In this document: piece by piece, positions 36,517 through 49,400 of the stretch | Position numbering within the stretch: position 1 is the first letter of the stretch | Layout of the letters: each line of letters starts with the position of its first letter | NCBI RefSeq assembly: GCF_009914755.1 | Contig: NC_060942.1 | From: the human T2T-CHM13v2.0 reference genome, Homo sapiens | Length of the DNA: 64,000 bases | Direction: 5' to 3' (one strand) | Position numbers and translations under genes: made by a program | The notes under the pieces: generated by a model | Database searches by the model: none | What the model was told of the DNA's origin: nothing | The model's input: only the letters and a program-made list of their open reading frames with translations

Positions 36517-37876
36517 CATTCTCAGAAACTTGTTTGTGATGTGTGCCCTCTACTGACAGAGTTGAACCTTTCTTTTCATAGAGCAGTTTTGAAACACTCT
36601 TTTTGTAGAATCTGCAAGAGGATATTTGCATAGCTTTGAGGATTTCGTGGGAAACGGGATTGTCTTCAGGTAAAATCTAGACAGAAGCATTCTCAGAAAC
36701 TTCTTTGGGATGTTTGCATTCAAGTCACAGAGTAGAACATTCCCTTTGGTAGAGCAGGTTTGAAACACTCTTTTTGTAGTATCTGGAAGTGGACATTTGG
36801 AGCGCTTTCAGGCCTATGTTGGAAAGGGAAATATCTTCCCGTAACAACTAGGCAGAAGCATTCTCAGAAACTTATTTGAGATGTGTGTACTCAACTAAGA
36901 GAATTGAACCACCGTTTTGAAGGAGCAGTTTTGAAACACTCTTTTTCTGGAATCTGCAAGAGGATATTTGCCTAGCCTTGAGGATTTCGTTGGAAACGGG
37001 ATTGTCTTCACATCAAATCTAGACAGAAGCATTCTCAGAAACTTCTTTGGGATGTTTGCATTCAAGTCACAGAGTAGAACATTCCCTTTGGTAGAGCAGG
37101 TTTGAAACACTCTTTTTTTAGTATATGGAAGTGGACATTTGGAGCGCTTTCAGGCCTACGTTGGAAAAGGAAATATCTTCCCATAACAACTAGACAGAAG
37201 CATTCTCAGAAACTAGTTTCTGATGTGTGTCCTCAACTAACACAGTTGAACATTTCTTTAGACAGAACAGTTTTGAAACTCTCTTTTTGTGGAATCTGCA
37301 AGTGGCTATTTGGCTAGATTTGAGGATTTCGTTGGAAACGGGATTACATATAAAAAGCAGACAGCAGCATTCTCAGAAAGTTCTTTGTGATGATTGCATT
37401 CAAGTCACAGAATTGAACATTCCCTTTCACAGAGCAGGTTTGAAACACTCTTTTTATAGTGTGTGTAAGTGGACATTTGGAGCACTTTCCGGCCTAAGGT
37501 GAAAAAGGAAATATCTTCCCATAAAAACTAGACAGAAGCATTCTCAGAAACTTACTCGTGATGTGTGTCCTCAACTAAAGGAGTAGAACCTTTGTTTTCA
37601 TAGAGAAGTTTTGAAACGCTCTTTTTGTGGAATCTGCAAGTGGATATTTGGCTAGTTTTGAGGATTTCGTTGGAAGCGGGAATTCATACAAATTGCAGAC
37701 TGCAGCGTTCTGAGAAACATCTTTGTGATGTTTGCATTCAGGACAGAGAGTTGAACATTCCCTATCATAGAGCAGGTTGGAATCACTCCTTTTGTAGTAT
37801 CTGGAAGTGGACATTTGGAGCGCTTTCTGGCCTATGTTGAAAAAGGAAATATCTTCCCATAACAACTAGACACAAG
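36517..37876 (+). repeat. 8-mer HOR variant (four monomers deleted between M7 and M12)
   Basis: 1360 bp. M7 at 37539 is followed by an M12-type monomer and then M1 at 37877. Confidence 0.93.
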
Positions 37877-40800
37877 CATTCTCAGAAACTTGTTTGTGAT
37901 GTGTGCCCTCTACTGACAGAGTTGAACCTTTCTTTTCATAGAGCAGTTTTGAAACACTCTTTTTGTAGAATCTGCAAGAGGATTTTTGCATAGCTTTGAG
38001 GATTTCGTGGGAAACGGGATTGTCTTCAGGTAAAATCTAGACAGAAGCATTCTCAGAAACTTCTTTGGGATGTTTGCATTCAAGTCACAGAGTAGAACAT
38101 TCCCTTTGGTAGAGCAGGTTTGAAACACTCTTTTTGTAGTATCTGGAAGTGGACATTTGGAGCGCTTTCAGGCCTATGTTGGAAAGGGAAATATCTTCCG
38201 GTAACAACTAGGCAGAAGCATTCTCAGAAACTTATTTGAGATGTGTGTACTCAACTAAGAGAATTGAACCACCGTTTTGAAGGAGCAGTTTTGAAACACT
38301 CTTTTTCTGGAATCTGCAAGAGGATATTTGCCTAGCTTTGAGGATTTCGTTGGAAACGGGATTGTGTTCAGATCAAATCTAGACAGAAGCATTCTCAGAA
38401 ACTACTTTGGGATGTTTGCATTCAAGTCACAGAGTAGAACATTCCCTTTGGTAGAGCAGGTGTGAAACACTCTTTTTTTAGTATATGGAAGTGGACATTT
38501 GGAGCGCTTTCAGGCCTACGTTGGAAAAGGAAATATCTTCCCATAACAACTAGACAGAAGCATTCTCAGAAACTAGTTTCTGATGTGTGTCCTCAACTAA
38601 CACAGTTGAACATTTCTTTAGACAGAACAGTTTTGAAACTCTCTTTTTGTGGAATCTGCAAGTGGCTATTTGGCTAGATTTGAGGATTTCGTTGGAAACG
38701 GGATTACATATAAAAAGCAGACAGCAGCATTCTCAGAAAGTTCTTTGTGATGATTGCATTCAAGTCACAGAATTGAACATTCCCTTTCACAGAGCAGGTT
38801 TGAAACACTCTTTTTGTAGTGTGTGTAAGTGGACATTTGGAGCACTTTCCGGCCTAAGGTGAGAAAGGAAATATCTTCCCATAAAAACTAGACAGAAGCA
38901 TTCTCAGAAACTTACTCGTGATGTGTGTCCTCAACTAAAGGAGTAGAACCTTTCTTTCATAGAGAAGTTTTGAAACGCTCTTTTTGTGGAATCTGCAAGT
39001 GGATATTTGGCTAGTTTGGAGGATTTCGTTGGAAGCGGGAATTCATACAAATTGCAGACTGCAGCGTTCTGAGAAACATCTTTGTGATGTTTGTATTCAG
39101 GACACAGAGTTGAACATTCCCTATCATAGAGCAGGTTGGAATCACTCCTTTTGTAGTATCTGGAAGTGGACATTTGGAGCGCTTTCAGGCCTATGTTGGA
39201 AAAGGAAATATCTTCCCATAACAACTAGACAGAAGCATTCTGAGAAACTTATTTGAGATGTGTGTACTCAACTAAGAGAATTGAACCACCGTTTTGAAGG
39301 AGCAGTTTTGAAACACTCTTTTTCTGGAATCTGCAAGTGGATATTTGGCTAGCTTTGGGGATTTCGCTGGAGGCGGGAATACATATAAAAAGCACACAGC
39401 AGCGTTCTGAGAAACTGCTTTCTGATGTTTGCATTCAAGTCAAAAGTTGAACACTCCCTTTCATAGAGCAGTCCTGAAACACTCCTTTTGTAGTATCTGG
39501 AACTGGACTTTTGGAGCGCTTTCAGGGCTAAGGTGAAAAAGGAAATATCTTCCCATAAAAACTGGACAGAAGCATTCTCAGAAACTTGTTTATGCTGTAT
39601 CTACTCAACTAACAAAGTTGAACCTTTCTTTTGATAGAGCAGTTTTGAAATGCTCTTTTTGTGGAATCTGCAAGTGGATATTTGGCTAGTTTTGAGGATT
39701 TCGCTGGAAGCGGGAATTCATACAAATTGCAGACTGCAGCGTTCTGAGAAACATCTTTGTGATGTTTGTATTCAGGACACAGAGTTGAACATTCCCTATC
39801 ATAGAGCAGGTTGGAATCACTCCTTTTGTAGTATCTGGAAGTGGACATTTGGAGCGCTTTCAGGCCTATGTTGAAAAAGGAAATATCTTCCCATAACAAC
39901 TAGACACAAGCATTCTCAGAAACTTGTTTGTGATGTGTGCCCTCTACTGACAGAGTTGAACCTTTCTTTTCATAGAGCAGTTTTGAAACACTCTTTTTGT
40001 AGAATCTGCAAGAGGATATTTGCATAGCTTTGAGGATTTCGTGGGAAACGGGATTGTCTTCAGGTAAAATCTAGACAGAAGCATTCTCAGAAACTTCTTT
40101 GGGATGTTTGCATTCAAGTCACAGAGTAGAACATTCCCTTTGGTAGAGCAGGTTTGAAACACTCTTTTTGTAGTATCTGGAAGTGGACATTTGGAGCGCT
40201 TTCAGGCCTATGTTGGAAAGGGAAATATCTTCCCGTAACAACTAGGCAGAAGCATTCTCAGAAACTTATTTGAGATGTGTGTACTCAACTAAGAGAATTG
40301 AACCACCGTTTTGAAGGAGCAGTTTTGAAACACTCTTTTTCTGGAATCTGCAAGAGGATATTTGCCTAGCCTTGAGGATTTCGTTGGAAACGGGATTGTC
40401 TTCAGATCAAATCTAGACAGAAGCATTCTCAGAAACTTCTTTGGGATGTTTGCATTCAAGTCACAGAGTAGAACATTCCCTTTGGTAGAGCAGGTTTGAA
40501 ACACTCTTTTTTTAGTATATGGAAGTGGACATTTGGAGCGCTTTCAGGCCTACGTTGGAAAAGGAAATATCTTCCCATAACAACTAGACAGAAGCATTCT
40601 CAGAAACTAGTTTCTGATGTGTGTCCTCAACTAACACAGTTGAACATTTCTTTAGACAGAACAGTTTTGAAACACTCTTTTTGTGGAATCTGCAAGTGGC
40701 TATTTGGCTAGATTTGAGGATTTCGTTGGAAACGGGATTACATATAAAAAGCAGACAGCAGCATTCTCAGAAAGTTCTTTGTGATGATTGCATTCAAGTC

Positions 40801-41944
40801 ACAGAATTGAACATTCCCTTTCACAGAGCAGGTTTGAAACACTCTTTTTGTAGTGTGTGTAAGTGGACATTTGGAGCACTTTCCGGCCTAAGGTGAAAAA
40901 GGAAATATCTTCCCATAAAAACTAGACAGAAGCACTCTCAGAAACTTACTCGTGATGTGTGTCCTCAACTAAAGGAGTAGAACCTTTCTTTTCATAGAGA
41001 AGTTTTGAAACGCTCTTTTTGTGGAATCTGCAAGTGGATATTTGGCTAGTTTGGAGGATTTCGTTGGAAGCGGGAATTCATACAAATTGCAGACTGCAGC
41101 GTTCTGAGAAACATCTTTGTGATGTTTGTATTCAGGACACAGAGTTGAACATTCCCTATCATAGAGCAGGTTTGAATCACTCCTTTTGTAGTATCTGGAA
41201 GTGGACATTTGGAGCGCTTTCAGGCCTATGTTGGAAAAGGAAATATCTTCCCATAACAACTAGACAGAAGCATTCTCAGAAACTTATTTGAGATGTGTGT
41301 ACTCAACTAAGAGAATTGAACCACCGTTTTGAAGGAGCAGTTTTGAAACACTCTTTTTCTGGAATCTGCAAGTGGATATTTGGCTAGCTTTGGGGATTTC
41401 GCTGGAAGCGGGAATACATATAAAAAGCACACAGCAGCGTTCTGAGAAACTGCTTTCTGATGTTTGCATTCAAGTCAAAAGTTGAACACTCCCTTTCATA
41501 GTGCAGTCTGAAACACTCCTTTTGTAGTATCTGGAACTGGACTTTTGGAGCGCTTTCAGGGCTAAGGTGAAAAAGGAAATATCTTCCCATAAAAACTGGA
41601 CAGAAGCATTCTCAGAAACTTGTTTATGCTGTATCTACTCAACTAACAAAGTTGAACCTTTCTTTGGATAGAGCAGTTTTGAAATGCTCTTTTTGTGGAA
41701 TCTGCAAGTGGATATTTGGCTAGTTTTGAGGATTTCGTTGGAAGCGGGAATTCATACAAATTGCAGACTGCAGCGTTCTGAGAAACATCTTTGTGATGTT
41801 TGTATTCAGGACACAGAGTTGAACATTCCCTATCATAGAGCAGGTTGGAATCACTCCTTTTGTAGTATCTGGAAGTGGACATTTGGAGCGCTTTCAGGCC
41901 TATGTTGAAAAAGGAAATATCTTCCCATAACAACTAGACACAAG

Positions 41945-43470
41945 CATTCTCAGAAACTTGTTTGTGATGTGTGCCCTCTACTGACAGAGTTGAACCTTTC
42001 TTTTCATAGAGCAGTTTTGAAACACTCTTTTTGTAGAATCTGCAAGAGGATATTTGCATAGCTTTGAGGATTTCGTGGGAAACGGGATTGTCTTCAGGTA
42101 AAATCTAGACAGAAGCATTCTCAGAAACTTCTTTGGGATGTTTGCATTCAAGTCACAGAGTAGAACATTCCCTTTGGTAGAGCAGGTTTGAAACACTCTT
42201 TTTGTAGTATCTGGAAGTGGACATTTGGAGCGCTTTCAGGCCTATGTTGGAAAGGGAAATATCTTCCGGTAACAACTAGGCAGAAGCATTCTCAGAAACT
42301 TATTTGAGATGTGTGTACTCAACTAAGAGAATTGAACCACCGTTTTGAAGGAGCAGTTTTGAAACACTCTTTTTCTGGAATCTGCAAGAGGATATTTGCC
42401 TAGCTTTGAGGATTTCGTTGGAAACGGGATTGTGTTCAGATCAAATCTAGACAGAAGCATTCTCAGAAACTTCTTTGGGATGTTTGCATTCAAGTCACAG
42501 AGTAGAACATTCCCTTTGGTAGAGCAGGTGTGAAACACTCTTTTTTTAGTATATGGAAGTGGACATTTGGAGCGCTTTCAGGCCTACGTTGGAAAAGGAA
42601 ATATCTTCCCATAACAACTAGACAGAAGCATTCTCAGAAACTAGTTTCTGAAGTGTGTCCTCAACTAACACAGTTGAACATTTCTTTAGACAGAACAGTT
42701 TTGAAACTCTCTTTTTGTGGAATCTGCAAGTGGCTATTTGGCTAGATTTGAGGATTTCGTTGGAAACGGGATTACATATAAAAAGCAGACAGCAGCATTC
42801 TCAGAAAGTTCTTTGTGATGATTGCATTCAAGTCACAGAATTGAACATTCCCTTTCACAGAGCAGGTTTGAAACACTCTTTTTGTAGTGTGTGTAAGTGG
42901 ACATTTGGAGCACTTTCCGGCCTAAGGTGAGAAAGGAAATATCTTCCCATAAAAACTAGACAGAAGCATTCTCAGAAACTTACTCGTGATGTGTGTCCTC
43001 AACTAAAGGAGTAGAACCTTTCTTTCATAGAGAAGTTTTGAAACGCTCTTTTTGTGGAATCTGCAAGTGGATATTTGGCAAGTTTGGAGGATTTCGTTGG
43101 AAGCGGGAATTCATACAAATTGCAGACTGCAGCGTTCTGAGAAACATCTTTGTGATGTTTGTATTCAGGACACAGAGTTGAACATTCCCTATCATAGAGC
43201 AGGTTGGAATCACTCCTTTTGTAGTATCTGGAAGTGGACATTTGGAGCGCTTTCAGGCCTACGTTGGAAAAGGAAATATCTTCCCATAACAACTAGACAG
43301 AAGCATTCTCAGAAACTAGTTTCTGATGTGTGTCCTCAACTAACACAGTTGAACATTTCTTTAGACAGAACAGTTTTGAAACACTCTTTTTGTGGAATCT
43401 GCAAGTGGCTATTTGGCTAGATTTGAGGATTTCGTTGGAAACGGGATTACATATAAAAAGCAGACAGCAG
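41945..43470 (+). repeat. 9-mer HOR variant (M1-7, M8/4, M5; followed by M6/1 hybrid)
   Basis: 1526 bp period (ORF starts 42530 to 44056). The monomer at 43471 begins as M6 and continues as M1. Confidence 0.92.
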
Positions 43471-46400
43471 CATTCTCAGAAAGTTCTTTGTGATGATTGC
43501 ATTCAAGTCACAGAATTGAACATTCCCTTTCACAGAGCAGGTTTGAAACACTCTTTTTGTAGAATCTGCAAGAGGATATTTGCATAGCTTTGAGGATTTC
43601 GTGGGAAACGGGATTGTCTTCAGGTAAAATCTAGACAGAAGCATTCTCAGAAACTTCTTTGGGATGTTTGCATTCAAGTCACAGAGTAGAACATTCCCTT
43701 TGGTAGAGCAGGTTTGAAACACTCTTTTTGTAGTATCTGGAAGTGGACATTTGGAGCGCTTTCAGGCCTATGTTGGAAAGGGAAATATCTTCCCGTAACA
43801 ACTAGGCAGAAGCATTCTCAGAAACTTATTTGAGATGTGTGTACTCAACTAAGAGAATTGAACCACCGTTTTGAAGGAGCAGTTTTGAAACACTCTTTTT
43901 CTGGAATCTGCAAGAGGATATTTGCCTAGCCTTGAGGATTTCGTTGGAAACGGGATTGTCTTCAGATCAAATCTAGACAGAAGCATTCTCAGAAACTTCT
44001 TTGGGATGTTTGCATTCAAGTCACAGAGTAGAACATTCCCTTTGGTAGAGCAGGTTTGAAACACTCTTTTTTTAGTATATGGAAGTGGACATTTGGAGCG
44101 CTTTCAGGCCTACGTTGGAAAAGGAAATATCTTCCCATAACAACTAGACAGAAGCATTCTCAGAAACTAGTTTCTGATGTGTGTCCTCAACTAACACAGT
44201 TGAACATTTCTTTAGACAGAACAGTTTTGAAACTCTCTTTTTGTGGAATCTGCAAGTGGCTATTTGGCTAGATTTGAGGATTTCGTTGGAAACGGGATTA
44301 CATATAAAAAGCAGACAGCAGCATTCTCAGAAAGTTCTTTGTGATGATTGCATTCAAGTCACAGAATTCAACATTCCCTTTCACAGAGCAGGTTTGAAAC
44401 ACTCTTTTTATAGTGTGTGTAAGTGGACATTTGGAACACTTTCCGGCCTAAGGTGAAAAAGGAAATATCTTCCCATAAAAACTAGACAGAAGCATTCTCA
44501 GAAACTTACTCGTGATGTGTGTCCTCAACTAAAGGAGTAGAACCTTTGTTTTCATAGAGAAGTTTTGAAACGCTCTTTTTGTGGAATCTGCAAGTGGATA
44601 TTTGGCTAGTTTGGAGGATTTCGTTGGAAGCGGGAATTCATACAAATTGCAGACTGCAGCGTTCTGAGAAACATCTTTGTGATGTTTGTATTCAGGACAC
44701 AGAGTTGAACATTCCCTATCATAGAGCAGGTTGGAATCACTCCTTTTGTAGTATCTGGAAGTGGACATTTGGAGCGCTTTCAGGCCTATGTTGGAAAAGG
44801 AAATATCTTCCCATAACAACTAGACAGAAGCATTCTCAGAAACTTATTTGAGATGTGTGTACTCAACTAAGAGAATTGAACCACCGTTTTGAAGGAGCAG
44901 TTTTGAAACACTCTTTTTCTGGAATCTGCAAGTGGATATTTGGCTAGCTTTGGGGATTTCGCTGGAGGCGGGAATACATATAAAAAGCACACAGCAGCGT
45001 TCTGAGAAACTGCTTTCTGATGTTTGCATTCAAGTCAAAAGTTGAACACTCCCTTTCATAGAGCAGTCCTGAAACACTCCTTTTGTAGTATCTGGAACTG
45101 GACTTTTGGAGCGCTTTCAGGGCTAAGGTGAAAAAGGAAATATCTTCCCATAAAAACTGGACAGAAGCATTCTCAGAAACTTGTTTATGCTGTATCTACT
45201 CAACTAACAAAGTTGAACCTTTCTTTTGATAGAGCAGTTTTGAAATGCTCTTTTTGTGGAATCTGCAAGTGGATATTTGGCTAGTTTTGAGGATTTCGCT
45301 GGAAGCGGGAATTCATACAAATTGCAGACTGCAGCGTTCTGAGAAACATCTTTGTGATGTTTGCATTCAGGACAGAGAGTTGAACATTCCCTATCATAGA
45401 GCAGGTTGGAATCACTCCTTTTGTAGTATCTGGAAGTGGACATTTGGAGCGCTTTCTGGCCTATGTTGAAAAAGGAAATATCTTCCCATAACAACTAGAC
45501 ACAAGCATTCTCAGAAACTTGTTTGTGATGTGTGCCCTCTACTGACAGAGTTGAACCTTTCTTTTCATAGAGCAGTTTTGAAACACTCTTTTTGTAGAAT
45601 CTGCAAGAGGATATTTGCATAGCTTTGAGGATTTCGTGGGAAACGGGATTGTCTTCAGGTAAAATCTAGACAGAAGCATTCTCAGAAACTTCTTTGGGAT
45701 GTTTGCATTCAAGTCACAGAGTAGAACATTCCCTTTGGTAGAGCAGGTTTGAAACACTCTTTTTGTAGTATCTGGAAGTGGACATTTGGAGCGCTTTCAG
45801 GCCTATGTTGGAAAGGGAAATATCTTCCGGTAACAACTAGGCAGAAGCATTCTCAGAAACTTATTTGAGATGTGTGTACTCAACTAAGAGAATTGAACCA
45901 CCGTTTTGAAGGAGCAGTTTTGAAACACTCTTTTTCTGGAATCTGCAAGAGGATATTTGCCTAGCTTTGAGGATTTCGTTGGAAACGGGATTGTGTTCAG
46001 ATCAAATCTAGACAGAAGCATTCTCAGAAACTTCTTTGGGATGTTTGCATTCAAGTCACAGAGTAGAACATTCCCTTTGGTAGAGCAGGTGTGAAACACT
46101 CTTTTTTTAGTATATGGAAGTGGACATTTGGAGCGCTTTCAGGCCTACGTTGGAAAAGGAAATATCTTCCCATAACAACTAGACAGAAGCATTCTCAGAA
46201 ACTAGTTTCTGATGTGTGTCCTCAACTAACACAGTTGAACATTTCTTTAGACAGAACAGTTTTGAAACTCTCTTTTTGTGGAATCTGCAAGTGGCTATTT
46301 GGCTAGATTTGAGGATTTCGTTGGAAACGGGATTACATATAAAAAGCAGACAGCAGCATTCTCAGAAAGTTCTTTGTGATGATTGCATTCAAGTCACAGA

Positions 46401-49400
46401 ATTGAACATTCCCTTTCACAGAGCAGGTTTGAAACACTCTTTTTGTAGTGTGTGTAAGTGGACATTTGGAGCACTTTCCGGCCTAAGGTGAGAAAGGAAA
46501 TATCTTCCCATAAAAACTAGACAGAAGCATTCTCAGAAACTTACTCTTGATGTGTGTCCTCAACTAAAGGAGTAGAACCTTTCTTTCATAGAGAAGTTTT
46601 GAAACGCTCTTTTTGTGGAATCTGCAAGTGGATATTTGGCTAGTTTGGAGGATTTCGTTGGAAGCGGGAATTCATACAAATTGCAGACTGCAGCGTTCTG
46701 AGAAACATCTTTGTGATGTTTGTATTCAGGACACAGAGTTGAACATTCCCTATCATAGAGCAGGTTGGAATCACTCCTTTTGTAGTATCTGGAAGTGGAC
46801 ATTTGGAGCGCTTTCAGGCCTATGTTGGAAAAGGAAATATCTTCCCATAACAACTAGACAGAAGCATTCTCAGAAACTTATTTGAGATGTGTGTACTCAA
46901 CTAAGAGAATTGAACCACCGTTTTGAAGGAGCAGTTTTGAAACACTCTTTTTCTGGAATCTGCAAGTGGATATTTGGCTAGCTTTGGGGATTTCGCTGGA
47001 GGCGGGAATACATATAAAAAGCACACAGCAGCGTTCTGAGAAACTGCTTTCTGATGTTTGCATTCAAGTCAAAAGTTGAACACTCCCTTTCATAGAGCAG
47101 TCCTGAAACACTCCTTTTGTAGTATCTGGAACTGGACTTTTGGAGCGCTTTCAGGGCTAAGGTGAAAAAGGAAATATCTTCACATAAAAACTGGACAGAA
47201 GCATTCTCAGAAACTTGTTTATGCTGTATCTACTCAACTAACAAAGTTGAACCTTTCTTTTGATAGAGCAGTTTTGAAATGCTCTTTTTGTGGAATCTGC
47301 AAGTGGATATTTGGCTAGTTTTGAGGATTTCGCTGGAAGCGGGAATTCATACAAATTGCAGACTGCAGCGTTCTGAGAAACATCTTTGTGATGTTTGTAT
47401 TCAGGACACAGAGTTGAACATTCCCTATCATAGAGCAGGTTGGAATCACTCCTTTTGTAGTATCTGGAAGTGGACATTTGGAGCGCTTTCAGGCCTATGT
47501 TGAAAAAGGAAATATCTTCCCATAACAACTAGACACAAGCATTCTCAGAAACTTGTTTGTGATGTGTGCCCTCTACTGACAGAGTTGAACCTTTCTTTTC
47601 ATAGAGCAGTTTTGAAACACTCTTTTTGTAGAATCTGCAAGAGGATATTTGCATAGCTTTGAGGATTTCGTGGGAAACGGGATTGTCTTCAGGTAAAATC
47701 TAGACAGAAGCATTCTCAGAAACTTCTTTGGGATGTTTGCATTCAAGTCACAGAGTAGAACATTCCCTTTGGTAGAGCAGGTTTGAAACACTCTTTTTGT
47801 AGTATCTGGAAGTGGACATTTGGAGCGCTTTCAGGCCTATGTTGGAAAGGGAAATATCTTCCCGTAACAACTAGGCAGAAGCATTCTCAGAAACTTATTT
47901 GAGATGTGTGTACTCAACTAAGAGAATTGAACCACCGTTTTGAAGGAGCAGTTTTGAAACACTCTTTTTCTGGAATCTGCAAGAGGATATTTGCCTAGCC
48001 TTGAGGATTTCGTTGGAAACGGGATTGTCTTCAGATCAAATCTAGACAGAAGCATTCTCAGAAACTTCTTTGGGATGTTTGCATTCAAGTCACAGAGTAG
48101 AACATTCCCTTTGGTAGAGCAGGTTTGAAACACTCTTTTTTTAGTATATGGAAGTGGACATTTGGAGCGCTTTCAGGCCTACGTTGGAAAAGGAAATATC
48201 TTCCCATAACAACTAGACAGAAGCATTCTCAGAAACTAGTTTCTGATGTGTGTCCTCAACTAACACAGTTGAACATTTCTTTAGACAGAACAGTTTTGAA
48301 ACACTCTTTTTGTGGAATCTGCAAGTGGCTATTTGGCTAGATTTGAGGATTTCGTTGGAAACGGGATTACATATAAAAAGCAGACAGCAGCATTCTCAGA
48401 AAGTTCTTTGTGATGATTGCATTCAAGTCACAGAATTGAACATTCCCTTTCACAGAGCAGGTTTGAAACACTCTTTTTGTAGTGTGTGTAAGTGGACATT
48501 TGGAGCACTTTCCGGCCTAAGGTGAAAAAGGAAATATCTTCCCATAACAACTAGACAGAAGCACTCTCAGAAACTTACTCGTGATGTGTGTCCTCAACTA
48601 AAGGAGTAGAACCTTTCTTTTCATAGAGAAGTTTTGAAACGCTCTTTTTGTGGAATCTGCAAGTGGATATTTGGCTAGTTTGGAGGATTTCGTTGGAAGC
48701 GGGAATTCATACAAATTGCAGACTGCAGCGTTCTGAGAAACATCTTTGTGATGTTTGTATTCAGGACACAGAGTTGAACATTCCCTATCATAGAGCAGGT
48801 TTGAATCACTCCTTTTGTAGTATCTGGAAGTGGACATTTGGAGCGCTTTCAGGCCTATGTTGGAAAAGGAAATATCTTCCCATAACAACTAGACAGAAGC
48901 ATTCTCAGAAACTTATTTGAGATGTGTGTACTCAACTAAGAGAATTGAACCACCGTTTTGAAGGAGCAGTTTTGAAACACTCTTTTTCTGGAATCTGCAA
49001 GTGGATATTTGGCTAGCTTTGGGGATTTCGCTGGAAGCGGGAATACATATAAAAAGCACACAGCAGCGTTCTGAGAAACTGCTTTCTGATGTTTGCATTC
49101 AAGTCAAAAGTTGAACACTCCCTTTCATAGTGCAGTCCTGAAACACTCCTTTTGTAGTATCTGGAACTGGACTTTTGGAGCGCTTTCAGGGCTAAGGTGA
49201 AAAAGGAAATATCTTCCCATAAAAACTGGACAGAAGCATTCTCAGAAACTTGTTTATGCTGTATCTACTCAACTAACAAAGTTGAACCTTTCTTTTGATA
49301 GAGCAGTTTTGAAATGCTCTTTTTGTGGAATCTGCAAGTGGATATTTGGCTAGTTTTGAGGATTTCGTTGGAAGCGGGAATTCATACAAATTGCAGACTG

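Noticed and set aside
44364-44369. Extra EcoRI site (GAATTC) in one M6
   Set aside because: A single private substitution, useful only as a marker.
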